Origin: a virus
Lineage: Duplodnaviria; Heunggongvirae; Uroviricota; Caudoviricetes
Length of the DNA stretch: 64,000 bases
IMG/VR virus record: IMGVR_UViG_2506381019_000003
Location: 19,119 to 83,118 of that record
Strand: one strand, 5' to 3'
Under the pieces are notes generated by a model. That model saw only the letters and a list, made by a program, of their open reading frames with translations. It had not been told where the DNA came from and ran no database searches. Positions 9,801-18,595 of this stretch are shown here, piece by piece; the stretch's first letter is position 1; each line of letters begins with the position of its first letter. The position numbers were made by a program, and so were the translations under genes.

Positions 9801-10367
9801 CTCCAACTGCGCGGCGTACTCCTCCGCACGGACGGTCCGGGCGTACTGCTGGGCGAGCTCGTCGGCGTCCTTGCGGCGGCTGGTGTCGCTGACCCGGGCC
9901 GGTGGCTGCGGGGTGGGCTCCGCCGCGTCGCCGCCGCGGGTGGCCCGCTGCTGCTGCCGCTGGTCACGTTCCAATGCGCGGCGGAGGTTGGCGACACCAC
10001 CGCGGCCCCGGACGGGTGCCGGGTCGAGCCCCATCCGGCGCAGTTCCGCCACCTGCTGGTCACGTTCCTGGGCCTGGTTGTAGCGGCCGACCGTGCGGCG
10101 CAGCGCATCGGCGGGGCCGCCCTGCCGGGTCTGCCTGCCGGCCGGGGGCTGCGGGGTGGGATCGGTGACGTCGTTGGCGCGCCCGCCGGTGGGGCCTGTG
10201 GTGCCGGGTCGGGTGCCGCCGATCTTCGCGTTCCGGTGCAGGTGGCAGCGCATCCCCGGTGCGGCAACCGGGTTCTGGCAGGGCATCCCGTTGTCCTTCG
10301 GGAAACCGCACTTCGCGCCGCTGCTGCGGGACATGCGGGTGAGCGCGGATGCGCGGCCACGGGACAC
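6837..10367 (-). CDS. Giant 1176-aa head-module protein. It has an N-terminal Cys/His zinc-ribbon-like motif and at least five Rho_N/HeH (SAP-like) repeats; probably a DNA-binding internal or ejected protein.
   Basis: N-terminus 'RGRASALTRMSRSSGAKCG...C...RCHLH'. Repeats include 'ADLRAFAKEHNISLPAGNKARMVEGLV', 'GELREWAKANGLTAGRGTKAEMAGSLAR', 'SDADLRELAKAKMLRVGPREDLAAALI', 'SEWELKDFVWRKNIRVPGRDGLPEKNPTRRQIVDTI' and the C-terminal 'SKADLIGRLIADA'. Confidence 0.6.
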   Translation of the reverse strand: MSRGRASALTRMSRSSGAKCGFPKDNGMPCQNPVAAPGMRCHLHRNAKIGGTRPGTTGPTGGRANDVTDPTPQPPAGRQTRQGGPADALRRTVGRYNQAQERDQQVAELRRMGLDPAPVRGRGGVANLRRALERDQRQQQRATRGGDAAEPTPQPPARVSDTSRRKDADELAQQYARTVRAEEYAAQLERQPDADPHELANARANAADHHASRDRMEASIAESNAHPDDRAAWDELAAQIRTGDYAAENNITADTNLGGRHTRAAYERSQAKRAAARAGAEKSTPTPTPAPGGALTLDAVKATGDPDAAAALLATMKAGELREWAKANGLTAGRGTKAEMAGSLARQALAAQIRTRAMTEAGDGDLGYNADHARAQRERALRQGTELGAGPARPEPPTPPKPARARTARGTRPMPTMDELHAASNRQAAEEMLGDVKVADLRAFAKEHNISLPAGNKARMVEGLVNVTLGPRFRRDAMHEVGDGDLGFDRDAERKQRARLAGRGTATPEPKPTRHERDVSDPTPPRPTPVVGPGTDNHADTPAPTADEIRAFRQAEKTVAGYLKRKSANPAVSARPATLTRARELGLIDDAGQLTPRGRAFAAETPRKTPTRNAAPSATRRDGRQTSGGNQVTRPTPQKPVRVDPAPPAGDTPTGALPARQPQTRPSGTPTLTAADLRRISDRAGMVETPDGPGRVFGTPDAGWVTVGIYQRGGNTRDFLVEQYKLSDLWEASDHIDGQADMFADLAVNEKTAGSRQRAQDRAIAANLPILARQKKAKEPSDAAKREYRENRARLAREIANAEDLTPEQSATIDAAGGRDAYINQRAHEIVAKKYKIDTGSNTRFDGGPLAAKRKEKAAQEAAAAEKRAARAKDAGARLDGARTAPEMREALRGVSDADLRELAKAKMLRVGPREDLAAALISHREGMVRHEAQMRAQARVKAGIDAATDRAGIEKALGELSEWELKDFVWRKNIRVPGRDGLPEKNPTRRQIVDTITRDTLPADHPDLHVMPAVPGSREDADRRYAAFGPNARADVDRITSMLATPAEGRRDSTVIALADSDPARLRVAAGRMENPRITGWDTMRHGELVAEMASRQQGARWSGKAESAAYQEAASPAVISATRELAQGGAKARRTLNGMSTAQVRAVGMRRGVPAWSAMSKADLIGRLIADARS

Positions 10368-10390
10368 GAGAACGCTCCAACCGGGGGTGT

Positions 10391-11560
10391 TCAGATGGCG
10401 CGGACATGCCTGCCGGACGGCAGGTCGTACACGCCGATGAGCTGCTCGCGGCGCGCCTGGCGCCTCTGTTCGGGATGGGTCGCGAGGAAGTCGCGGATGT
10501 CTTTCTGCCTGCGGCGGATGTCCTGCCTGGCTGCGGTGCGGGCCGTGTCGGTGACGGCGACGGCCTCGCGGAGTCTCGCGCGGCGTACCCGCCGCTCGAG
10601 CTCACGTTGCCGTTGCCGGTCCTTGTAGCCCTGCGGGTCGTAGTCGGCCCGGTCGATGTGCACCCCGCGGACCCAGGGGGCGAGATTGTGGCGACAGTTG
10701 GCGTGAAACAGACCTGCGGCCATGGCCTGGGTAACCGTTCCGGCGAGCGTCACCCCGCGCGGCGCCGGGACGCCGTCGCGTAGGGCGAGGATCCGGCCCT
10801 CGAACGGGGCACACACTGGGCAGCCGTGCGGGATACGCGGGACGAACGCCAGGTCGATCCCGTCTGCCCGGTACCGGTCCAAGGCTCCGGCGATGGCGGC
10901 GCGCTGGGTCGCGGTCCGCATCGCCATCTCGACGTACGTGGCCAAGTTCCAGTTGCGGCCTGCCCGGTCGACAAACCCGCTGACGCCCTGGGCGGCGAGC
11001 CGGTCGAGGGCATGCTGCGACGCCTGCAGCCGGGTCAGATCACCGGTCAGCACAGGCGTGTACGTCTCGGCGATCACCCGCCGGTACGCATCGTCAACGC
11101 TGCGGAGGACCTGCGGATGTACCTCGCCGTGCAGCCGCGCCAGCAGGTTCCGGACGAGCTCGTCGGGCGGGCCGGGAAGCGGCGACCGGTCGCGGCCGGG
11201 TGGTGTTGGCGGGCGGGTGGTGCCGGGCGGGGTGTCGGGCAGGCCGTAGTCGTCGCCCGGCTGCCCTTGGCGTTCACGGCGCCGTGCGGCGTCCGTCTCG
11301 CGTGCGGCCTGCTCGGCGCCGGCCTGGTAGGCCTCCACGATCAGCCGCGGTATCTCGTGCTTGTTCTCGGCTTCGAGCCGGGCGAGGAGTCGGCGGCCGA
11401 GTGCGCGCAGCGGGCCGAGGTGGGCCAGCGCGCGGGCTATGTCCCCACCGGCCGATGCGAGCGCGGAGGCGATCCGACGCAGCAGGCTTTCCTCTGCGCG
11501 GCGGTAGCGGCGCCCTACCGGGCCGGCGTGGGGTGTGCCGTCATCCGGGGAGGGAGGCAC
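10391..11560 (-). CDS. MuF-like minor head protein (SPP1 gp7 / Phage_Mu_F family).
   Basis: 'RNWNLATYVEMAMRTATQRAAIAGA ... GCPVCAPFEGRIL ... FHANCRHNL' is a MuF C-terminal signature. Position is downstream of the portal gene. Confidence 0.7.
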   Translation of the reverse strand: MPPSPDDGTPHAGPVGRRYRRAEESLLRRIASALASAGGDIARALAHLGPLRALGRRLLARLEAENKHEIPRLIVEAYQAGAEQAARETDAARRRERQGQPGDDYGLPDTPPGTTRPPTPPGRDRSPLPGPPDELVRNLLARLHGEVHPQVLRSVDDAYRRVIAETYTPVLTGDLTRLQASQHALDRLAAQGVSGFVDRAGRNWNLATYVEMAMRTATQRAAIAGALDRYRADGIDLAFVPRIPHGCPVCAPFEGRILALRDGVPAPRGVTLAGTVTQAMAAGLFHANCRHNLAPWVRGVHIDRADYDPQGYKDRQRQRELERRVRRARLREAVAVTDTARTAARQDIRRRQKDIRDFLATHPEQRRQARREQLIGVYDLPSGRHVRAI

Positions 11561-11742
11561 ACGGCCTCCCAGGTGCTGCTACTGGCCGCGGCCCTTCAGC
11601 CAGCGGTCGTACTGGTCATATCCCTCGTCGCCCGGGTACAGGACTGTGACACCGTCGCCGGTGAACCCGTCGCCCTGGACCGTGGCGGGGACTTCGATGC
11701 CACCGTCGGGCTTACGCTCAGCTACTGCCATAGCTGATGATG

Positions 11743-12564
11743 TTAGGCCAACGTGTCGAACCATTCACCGATGTCCCGTCCAAGATCCCAGGCGGCTGCC
11801 CGTTCCCGCGGTGTGCCGGTCGGGGCGCCGAGCTCGTCGGCGATGCGGAGTGCCCGGTCGGGGGCGTCGCGGTACAGCGCCCACTGGGCGTACGACTCGG
11901 CGAAGGTCTCTCGTGCCCCGCGCATGCGATCGCCGGGGGGTTCCTGCGCGAAGTAGGGCAGAAGCTGGCCGCGCCGTGCCGCCCGCCGGGCCATGTTCCG
12001 GAACGGGTGGCGGGGATGCTGCGACACCCAGTGCAGGCTGTCGTCGAACGCATGGCCGAACTCGTGGGCGGCCATCGAGCCGGACCGGGCCCGGTTCGCG
12101 GTCATCGAGATGACCCGCTCCACGTTGAAGTACATGCCGGCGGCGTCGTCGGTGCGGCCATCAGCGAACTTGCGGCGCATCTCGTCCCGGTCGAGCACGT
12201 CGAGCACATGGGGCCGGTCGGCCATGTAGATGCCGCCACCGTCGTACTCGGCGAACCATGCGGCGAGCCGGCGCAGATGCTGCGGCGGCAACCGGTCGAG
12301 GTCGACCAGATGCTGCCGGATCGCCGGATGGTCGCGGTCTTCGACGTGCAGCCGGTCCCCGAAGTAGCCGCGTAGCCGAGCCTCTGCGGCGTCGGCCTGC
12401 GCACGTGTCGGACCTGCCGTAGCTGGGCGGCCTGCCCGGTGGCGGCCGGCGGCGTTGGCCGCGCCACCAACGCCGTTCTGCCGCGCGAACCGGCCTCGCC
12501 GGTCCCGGCGGACCTGAGACTCACGGAAGACGCGGAGCGCGGACGCGCGACCCCGGGGCGGCAC
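11743..12564 (-). CDS. HExxH zinc-metallopeptidase-like protein, 273 aa, between the portal and MuF genes.
   Basis: 'SMAAHEFGHAFDDSLHW' is a zincin HExxH motif. The N-terminal 'RGRASALRV' resembles the N-termini of the 6837-10367 and 19458-21272 proteins. Confidence 0.55.
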   Translation of the reverse strand: MPPRGRASALRVFRESQVRRDRRGRFARQNGVGGAANAAGRHRAGRPATAGPTRAQADAAEARLRGYFGDRLHVEDRDHPAIRQHLVDLDRLPPQHLRRLAAWFAEYDGGGIYMADRPHVLDVLDRDEMRRKFADGRTDDAAGMYFNVERVISMTANRARSGSMAAHEFGHAFDDSLHWVSQHPRHPFRNMARRAARRGQLLPYFAQEPPGDRMRGARETFAESYAQWALYRDAPDRALRIADELGAPTGTPRERAAAWDLGRDIGEWFDTLA

Positions 12565-12584
12565 AGGGCCTCCCGTGGGTCAGA

Positions 12585-14300
12585 TCAGCGCGCCGGTGGT
12601 GCGGGTGGGCGTTTCTTCGCGAGGAACGCGGCAGGGGCCGGCTTGCCCCCGCCCGGCGGTGCGGGCGGGCCTGCGGAATCTTCGTCGGGCGGGGGCTCCT
12701 CTTCGCTGGGCTGGCCGGTGGGCCCTTCGTCGCCCATGCCGAACGGGTCGCCCATCCCCATGCCCATGCCGCCGCCGGTCTCCTCCTTGATCCGGTCGAC
12801 TTCCTCCTGTACGGCCTGGTCGTCCCACTCGGGGTTGACCATCCGGACGCGGGTCTCGATCGATGCGGACTGTGCGGCGAACAGCGCCTGGGCGGTTTGG
12901 GCCACCGTGAGCGGCGCTTCGGAGACCTCGTCTTCCCAGTCGATGGCCGGGGGTTCCTCCGGGTCGCCGACGCCCTTGGTGTTGAACACGGTGGCGTCGA
13001 TGACGAGCAGCGCGCGGACGAGCCTTCTCAGCTCCGGTGTCCAGTAGCGGATCTTCTTGTCTCGGGTGATCGCGGACCGGCGGTCCTTCGCGTTCACCTC
13101 GGTTGCCGTCGCTGCGGCGGCGGCACCGTCGGCGTCGGAGCCGAAAGTCTGCGCGGAGTACCCGGCCGCTCTCACGATCTGGTCGACCAGCTGCTGGGCG
13201 CTGCGCTGGTGCTCGTCCACCCGGATCGCGAACTGCGAGATGGTGATCTGCGCGCCGCCCTGCGTCTGGGGCGGCATGTTCAGCTGGGTGAAGATCTCCT
13301 GGTCGACGTCGAACACGGCGCCTTGGCCGCGGCCCTGCGTCTGCATGTACGCCTGCGGCACCACCAGCCGGCCCTTCGCCAGCCGGATGTCCCGCATCCA
13401 CGAGCTGTAGACCTCGTCCAATGCGTCCATGAGCGGCTCGACACCGGAGTAGTCCGACCGGCCGAGGTAGGCCAGCGCCGGCCGGTCCCGCCACAGCCGC
13501 GCGGGGCGCATGTTCGGCACGTAGACGGCGGAGAGCAGGCCGTCGGGCAGGCCGGTGGGGATCGCCCCGTCCTCGTTGACCTCCCCCGCGATCCCCTCCA
13601 GCGACTTCACTTCGGCGAGGGGTACGGGGCGGCCGAGGCTGTCACGGGTGCCGCGGTAGGTCCCGTGGAGGATCTTGCCGGGCTCGTGGCGTTCCAGGTG
13701 GCGGATCACGACCCCGCCGCCATCCGGGGTGAACGACTGCCAGAATGTGACCGCCTTCAGGGCCGGCCCGGCGAACTCCGGCACGGCACTGTCGGGGTGG
13801 ACGGCGTCGATCCACGGGTGTTCACGGAGTTCCTTGTCCCAGCGGATCCGCAGGAACACCCCGCCGAACGCCGCGGCAACCTCCGCGGCTTCAACCAACG
13901 CGGCGTCGAGGCCAGCGTCGTCCCGGATCGTGTCGAACCGGTCCTGTGCGCCGGCGGTAGGCAGGGTGATCGCCGGAGGCTCGGAGAACAGCAGGTCGGC
14001 GCTGGTGGTCGCGATGTCGCTGCCGATGGGGACGTGCAGCTTGTTCCGCAGGCTGCCCACGGACGGCGGCTGGCCCCAGAAGAAGCGGCTGACGGCACCG
14101 ATGACACCACCGGCGTACTGGGTCCGCCGCGGCGCGAAGTTCCGCTCGCTGGCCGAACCCTGCGCTTCCAGGTCGATGTACGCGCGGGCGAGCGCGTCAG
14201 GGTCGCCCGTCCACCAGGCGGACCAGACGTTGAACCGGTCGAAAGCGGCCTGGTGCTCTTTCGGCGGCCAGGGGTTGGAACCACCCTTCGGGAGAGGCAA
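12585..14300 (-). CDS. Portal protein.
   Basis: 571 aa, two genes downstream of the large terminase module. Apparent TTG start with a GGGAGG ribosome-binding site. Ends in an acidic, Gly/Met-rich C-terminal tail. Confidence 0.7.
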   Translation of the reverse strand: MPLPKGGSNPWPPKEHQAAFDRFNVWSAWWTGDPDALARAYIDLEAQGSASERNFAPRRTQYAGGVIGAVSRFFWGQPPSVGSLRNKLHVPIGSDIATTSADLLFSEPPAITLPTAGAQDRFDTIRDDAGLDAALVEAAEVAAAFGGVFLRIRWDKELREHPWIDAVHPDSAVPEFAGPALKAVTFWQSFTPDGGGVVIRHLERHEPGKILHGTYRGTRDSLGRPVPLAEVKSLEGIAGEVNEDGAIPTGLPDGLLSAVYVPNMRPARLWRDRPALAYLGRSDYSGVEPLMDALDEVYSSWMRDIRLAKGRLVVPQAYMQTQGRGQGAVFDVDQEIFTQLNMPPQTQGGAQITISQFAIRVDEHQRSAQQLVDQIVRAAGYSAQTFGSDADGAAAAATATEVNAKDRRSAITRDKKIRYWTPELRRLVRALLVIDATVFNTKGVGDPEEPPAIDWEDEVSEAPLTVAQTAQALFAAQSASIETRVRMVNPEWDDQAVQEEVDRIKEETGGGMGMGMGDPFGMGDEGPTGQPSEEEPPPDEDSAGPPAPPGGGKPAPAAFLAKKRPPAPPAR

Positions 14301-14393
14301 CAGGGCCTCCCAGGGATGTAGCAGTCAGTAGTCAGAACCAGCTCTTGATGATCTCCACGCGCGGGGCGGAGACCCGAAATCAGCTACGCAGCG

Positions 14394-14594
14394 TTATTCC
14401 GAGCAGGCGCAGTGCCCGAAGGTGTCCACCGGACGCGAGCACGACCCGCACATCCCCGCGGCAATCCGGATCGGGGCTCGGAAGAGGATCGGCCAGCGGG
14501 GGCACGAGACGTCATCGGGCACCAGGCCCGGGTTGGGGGTGCGGTCCTCACGGTCGTCGGAGGAGTGCGCCCCACGGATCATGACCATGGTCAC
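14394..14594 (-). CDS. Small Cys-rich hypothetical protein, 66 aa.
   Basis: Starts 3 nt after the upstream stop codon. Contains a 'CGSCS...HCAC' motif. Confidence 0.25.
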   Translation of the reverse strand: MTMVMIRGAHSSDDREDRTPNPGLVPDDVSCPRWPILFRAPIRIAAGMCGSCSRPVDTFGHCACSE

Positions 14595-14597
14595 CGG

Positions 14598-15371
14598 TCA
14601 GTCCAGGAGAACGAAACGCGTCGCCCCGGCATGGCCGTGGATCTGCTCGGCGTGCTCGGCGCGGTCCCAGTGCACGGCCGAGGGCCGGTCACCGCGCCAG
14701 CGAACATCCGCCGAGCCGTCCGGCCACACCACCCCATCCGCCACGATCCCCGTCCCGGACACCCCGGAGACGTCGACGTCGCGGTGGAGCTGGAACCGGC
14801 GCGGCTGTGGGTCGTCGGCCGGCACGCTCACCCGGCGCAGACACTCCCGCTCCCGCATCGCCCGTCCGGCCTGGGTCATCCGTTCGGCTTCGGCCGGGCC
14901 TTCCTCCATCGCGGCGGCGGCGATGTCGGCGGCCGAGTGAACGTCACGCCACAGCTCGTTTCGGCGCGGGCTACCCGGCGCGGTCTCCGCCCAGCCGGCG
15001 GCCATCCGGTCCGTAGCGCCGATGAGCCGCCAGACGTAGTGCTCGACCGTTCCCGGCGCGGCGCTGAACCGTCCGGACCGGCCAGCGGCGGCGAGGCCCA
15101 GCGCGCCGAGACGCTCGTACTTCTGTGCGGTCGTGTGCCCGTCCCAGTCGTTCGCCCGGGTCTCCAGGCCCGCGGGGAACAGAGGCACGTCGTCGGAGCC
15201 CACGTGCCAGCACATCTGACCGGCGGGGCTGTGCACGCAGATCACCGGCCAGCCGGGCGACTCCGGATCCTCCGCCCAATGGGACGGGTACACCCGGGTC
15301 AGGAACGCGACCAACCGGGCCCGTTCGCTGTATGCGGCGTCGAGCGGGGACGCCTCCGCGGGGGCGGTCAC
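14598..15371 (-). CDS. Hypothetical protein, about 258 aa.
   Basis: GTG start inside a GTGA overlap with the upstream stop codon. The region upstream of that start in the same ORF has junk-like Arg/Gly composition. Confidence 0.45.
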   Translation of the reverse strand: MTAPAEASPLDAAYSERARLVAFLTRVYPSHWAEDPESPGWPVICVHSPAGQMCWHVGSDDVPLFPAGLETRANDWDGHTTAQKYERLGALGLAAAGRSGRFSAAPGTVEHYVWRLIGATDRMAAGWAETAPGSPRRNELWRDVHSAADIAAAAMEEGPAEAERMTQAGRAMRERECLRRVSVPADDPQPRRFQLHRDVDVSGVSGTGIVADGVVWPDGSADVRWRGDRPSAVHWDRAEHAEQIHGHAGATRFVLLD

Positions 15372-15913
15372 GCCTGACCCCGTCGAGACGACATCTGCCG
15401 GGCCCACTGGGTCAGCTTCTCCGTGTCGACGGTGCCGCCTTCGGCGAGCCGCGGCGGCACCACGGTCACGGGCTCCTTGACCGGGTTGGCGTCGAGGAAC
15501 TCCCAGATGCGGGCCGCCTCGGCGAAGAGATGCGCAGCGTCCTCGCTCGCGGCGCGGTCCGCGCGGCGTTCCAGCTTCGCGGCCAGAGCGCGCAGCGACT
15601 CCCGGGGATCCACACGCTCCTCGGGAGAGGTCTCCAGGTAGGCGCCCTCGGGCCAGACCGCGACACGCTCCCATCCGTCCTCGGACGCCAGAGCCTCGCG
15701 GCCGGTGTCGTACACCCGCACGTCCTGGCGGAGTTCGATCCGGCCGTCGGGATGGAAGACCTGGACGGCGATCCGGGGCTCCGGGCTCATATACAGGTCG
15801 CCCGAGTCGACAATCAGGGCGAGGGCGGTGGAGATGGCTGTCCGCTCGTCGGGTTCACTGCCCGGGTCGCTGGTCAGCACCTGGACGAACCGTCCTGTTG
15901 ACGGGTATGGCAT
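15368..15913 (-). CDS. Hypothetical acidic protein, about 181 aa.
   Basis: Internal start at 'MPYPSTGRFVQV', right after the stop codon of the upstream gene. Confidence 0.45.
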   Translation of the reverse strand: MPYPSTGRFVQVLTSDPGSEPDERTAISTALALIVDSGDLYMSPEPRIAVQVFHPDGRIELRQDVRVYDTGREALASEDGWERVAVWPEGAYLETSPEERVDPRESLRALAAKLERRADRAASEDAAHLFAEAARIWEFLDANPVKEPVTVVPPRLAEGGTVDTEKLTQWARQMSSRRGQA

Positions 15914-15918
15914 CGAGG

Positions 15919-16575
15919 TCAGAGGCCTTTCTTCAGCGCTGACCACGACTTGCCGCGGCCGAGCTTCCATCGCTTCGAGGTCTTCATCGGGCCGGCGACC
16001 TTGACGTTGCCGATGCGGAGCTTCGCCAACTCCGGGGGCACGTCGATCGGCTTCGGCTTCTCCGGCTCCGGCCGGGACGGCTTCGGTGCGGCGGTCCACA
16101 CCCCGCCGGGTTTCGCCCGTGCGGCGAGCGCGGCCGACGACATCGGCCGGCGGATCGCCACGGTGGGGGTGTCTCGTGCCGGCCGGTGCAGGCGGACCGT
16201 TTCCGCTTCGCTGGCCGGTGTTCTGGCCGCGAGCTGGGCGGCGGTTGAGCGGGAGAGCCGCACTGTCGGGGCGTCAGCCCGCGTGTGCTCGACGGCCAGT
16301 GCCTGCCCGCCGTGGGCCTGTGCGAGCCGGCGGGTTCCGGGTCCTGGCTGTGCAGCCCGGCCGCGATGCGAGTTCAGCCCACCCCTGCGGCGGCCCAACC
16401 AGATCAGGAAACCCTCGGGGTTGTGGATGGTGGGGTCGGCGTACACCTTCGCCCGGAGCGGGTCCGCGCGGATCTTGCGCCGTTCCTCCGCCAGCTCGGC
16501 GAGGCTCGCCCCACGGCGTGACGGCCGCCCCCCGAAATCACCGGAGCCGTGGACAACCCGCGAGGTGGTGACCAC
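15919..16575 (-). CDS. Basic hypothetical protein. N-terminal 'RRGASLAELAEERRK' is similar to the shared RGRASAL motif; the C-terminus is Lys-rich.
   Basis: ORF in the late operon downstream of the terminase genes. Confidence 0.4.
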   Translation of the reverse strand: MVTTSRVVHGSGDFGGRPSRRGASLAELAEERRKIRADPLRAKVYADPTIHNPEGFLIWLGRRRGGLNSHRGRAAQPGPGTRRLAQAHGGQALAVEHTRADAPTVRLSRSTAAQLAARTPASEAETVRLHRPARDTPTVAIRRPMSSAALAARAKPGGVWTAAPKPSRPEPEKPKPIDVPPELAKLRIGNVKVAGPMKTSKRWKLGRGKSWSALKKGL

Positions 16576-16583
16576 CAGTCACC

Positions 16584-16808
16584 TCACAGCCGTGCGGGTG
16601 GTGTCGTCTCGCTGGCGGGTTCCGGTGTCCACTCGTCCCACGAGTCGCGCTGCTCGGAGCGCCAGCGGATGAACCGCCAGCGCCGGCCGCAGGCGTCGCA
16701 CTGCCATACGGAGCCGGGGCCGAAGGCCGCACCGCGGTTGCTGTCGGGCTTTGAGCAGATGCGGCCGTAGCCGTGGGGATCGGCGGGCACCTGGTGAACC
16801 CACGGCAT
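16584..16808 (-). CDS. Small zinc-ribbon protein, 74 aa.
   Basis: 'VWQCDACGRRW' CxxC motif. Confidence 0.35.
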   Translation of the reverse strand: MPWVHQVPADPHGYGRICSKPDSNRGAAFGPGSVWQCDACGRRWRFIRWRSEQRDSWDEWTPEPASETTPPARL

Positions 16809-16810
16809 CG

Positions 16811-17218
16811 TCAGATCCCTTCGGGGTGGGCGGACATCAGCCGGGACAGCCGGCCGAGCTCGGCGCGGCGCTGGTCGACCAGCCGGCCGAGCTCGGCGCG
16901 GCGCTGGGCGACCAGCCGGCCGAGCTCGGCGCGGCGCTGGTCGACCAGCCGGCCGAGCTCGGCGCGGCGCTGGTCGACCAGCCGGGCGAGGTCGGCGCGT
17001 TCCCTGGCGTGGAGGTGCTCGGCGGTGCGGGCCCGCGTGCGTGCCTCCTGCGTGTGGCTACGGCCGGCGGCGCGGCGGCGAGCGTCCCGCTTCCGCCGCT
17101 TCCGATCCCGCCCTTCGGCGCGGGCGGCCTGCTCGCGTTCGTGACGCCGGTCGGCAGCGTGGTCGGGTCTCACCGACGCCCCTTGATTTTTTCCCAGGCG
17201 GCGCGGGCCACAGGTCAC
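16811..17218 (-). CDS. Small basic protein with four 11-residue repeats ('RLVDQRRAELG'), encoded by a 33-bp tandem DNA repeat.
   Basis: The ORF lies directly downstream of the large terminase gene. The tandem repeat at 16849-17000 is in frame with it. Confidence 0.4.
   Translation of the reverse strand: MTCGPRRLGKNQGASVRPDHAADRRHEREQAARAEGRDRKRRKRDARRRAAGRSHTQEARTRARTAEHLHARERADLARLVDQRRAELGRLVDQRRAELGRLVAQRRAELGRLVDQRRAELGRLSRLMSAHPEGI
16849..17000. repeat. 33-bp tandem repeat, about 4.5 copies (GCCGGCCGAGCTCGGCGCGGCGCTGGTCGACCA).
   Basis: Direct repeats are visible in the sequence; one copy carries a GGGC variant. Confidence 0.8.
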
Positions 17219-17263
17219 AGCCCTTCGATTGCGTCAGGCCCGGTCAGGAGCCGGCGGGGCCGG

Positions 17264-18595
17264 TCATGCTGCGTGCCTCTCCATGTCCGGGAGCTCGATG
17301 CCCAGGTGGGGTTCCCAGGTGAACCGGGTTGTGGCGCAGGCGTACCGGCCGGCGTCGAGCGAGTGGTCGGCGACTTTGATGGGCCGGTCCTCGCCACGCT
17401 CGGCCCAGTCGTCATCCCAGGCGTAGCCGGTGACCTCGTCGATCCAGCCCTGACAGCGCCGGTGCACCCGCAGCCGGTCGTTCCCGAGCAGGCTCGCGAC
17501 GGTCCGGATCCCGGACACCACGTCGTTGTCGCCGCCCATCACGTTCGCGACGCCGTCCGAGAACAGCTGGGTCTTGAAGGAGGCCGCGGACGGGTCGACG
17601 ATGAACCACTCGGGATCCACCCGGGCGGGGGCGTTCATCCCCAGGTCCAGGGCGGTCAGCCACTCGCGGACCCTCGTGGAGTACTGCGAGTCAGTCAGGC
17701 TGCGCCGCTCGAGCTTCGAGTCCCAGCGCCACTCGTGCGTCAGGTACAGCCGCCGGTCGTTCCCCAGCCCCAGCAGCAGGCCGGAGAACGGGTTCACCGT
17801 GCCGTAGTCCACGCCCAGGGCGAGCCAACGTTCGATGCTCGGCAGACGGTCGACCAGGTGGGTGTCCTCGTCCCACATATCGTAAATCGCACCCTCGGCC
17901 ATCACCCATTGGCCGAGAATGAACCTCTTATACCAGAGGCCGACGTATTCCTTTTTCAGGTTCTCGACGTAGGTCGGATCCAAAGCGGGATTGTCGTCGA
18001 GCGTGAAATGCCAGGTGGCCAGGTCGAGGTCACCTACGCGCAGCAAGAATTTCTTCCGGAGCCAGTGTTGCGGCCCGTCGGGGTTTGTCGTCCCGAAAAT
18101 CTTGGCACCCGGGACACTGCACCGTGCCAACAGCTGCTGGAAGAACTCTTCGGGGAGAAGCGTCAGCTCGTCCGCGTAGGCGCCTGCGCAGGTCAGACCA
18201 CGGAGGCGACCTTCCGCGCGGGCATCGTTCGCTGTGATGATCTCGATGGGGCGACCGAGGATCGTCGCCGTGCTCGCCCCGCGGGTGTATTTGACCAGGC
18301 GGGCGATCGGACCGAACAGGCTCGGGTCCTGCAGCGGGCCGAAACAGTTCCGGTAAACGGTGTCGAGGGTCTTCCCGACGACCACCAGGGCGCCGCCGCG
18401 GGGCGGGTTCGCCACGTAGATCAGCCATCGCAACAGCGAACTGATCGTTTTGCCGGATCGCACGGACCCGGTCCATATGTTCAGGCGGGCCTGCGACTCG
18501 GCGACGGATCGGATTTGTTTCGGGGACAGGGGCAGGGGCAGGTCAGCCGTCGGGCTCATCGTCCGGCCCGACCACCGGGTTCTGCGCCCGCGCAA
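17264..18595 (-). CDS. terL: Terminase large subunit.
   Basis: Walker A 'GSVRSGKT'. C-terminal nuclease-like region. Classic position in the late operon. Confidence 0.85.
   Translation of the reverse strand: MRGRRTRWSGRTMSPTADLPLPLSPKQIRSVAESQARLNIWTGSVRSGKTISSLLRWLIYVANPPRGGALVVVGKTLDTVYRNCFGPLQDPSLFGPIARLVKYTRGASTATILGRPIEIITANDARAEGRLRGLTCAGAYADELTLLPEEFFQQLLARCSVPGAKIFGTTNPDGPQHWLRKKFLLRVGDLDLATWHFTLDDNPALDPTYVENLKKEYVGLWYKRFILGQWVMAEGAIYDMWDEDTHLVDRLPSIERWLALGVDYGTVNPFSGLLLGLGNDRRLYLTHEWRWDSKLERRSLTDSQYSTRVREWLTALDLGMNAPARVDPEWFIVDPSAASFKTQLFSDGVANVMGGDNDVVSGIRTVASLLGNDRLRVHRRCQGWIDEVTGYAWDDDWAERGEDRPIKVADHSLDAGRYACATTRFTWEPHLGIELPDMERHAA

Noticed and set aside
8754-10628. 624-aa plus-strand ORF.
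   Set aside because: It is antisense to the giant repeat protein and junk-like. The minus frame carries the recognisable HeH repeats.
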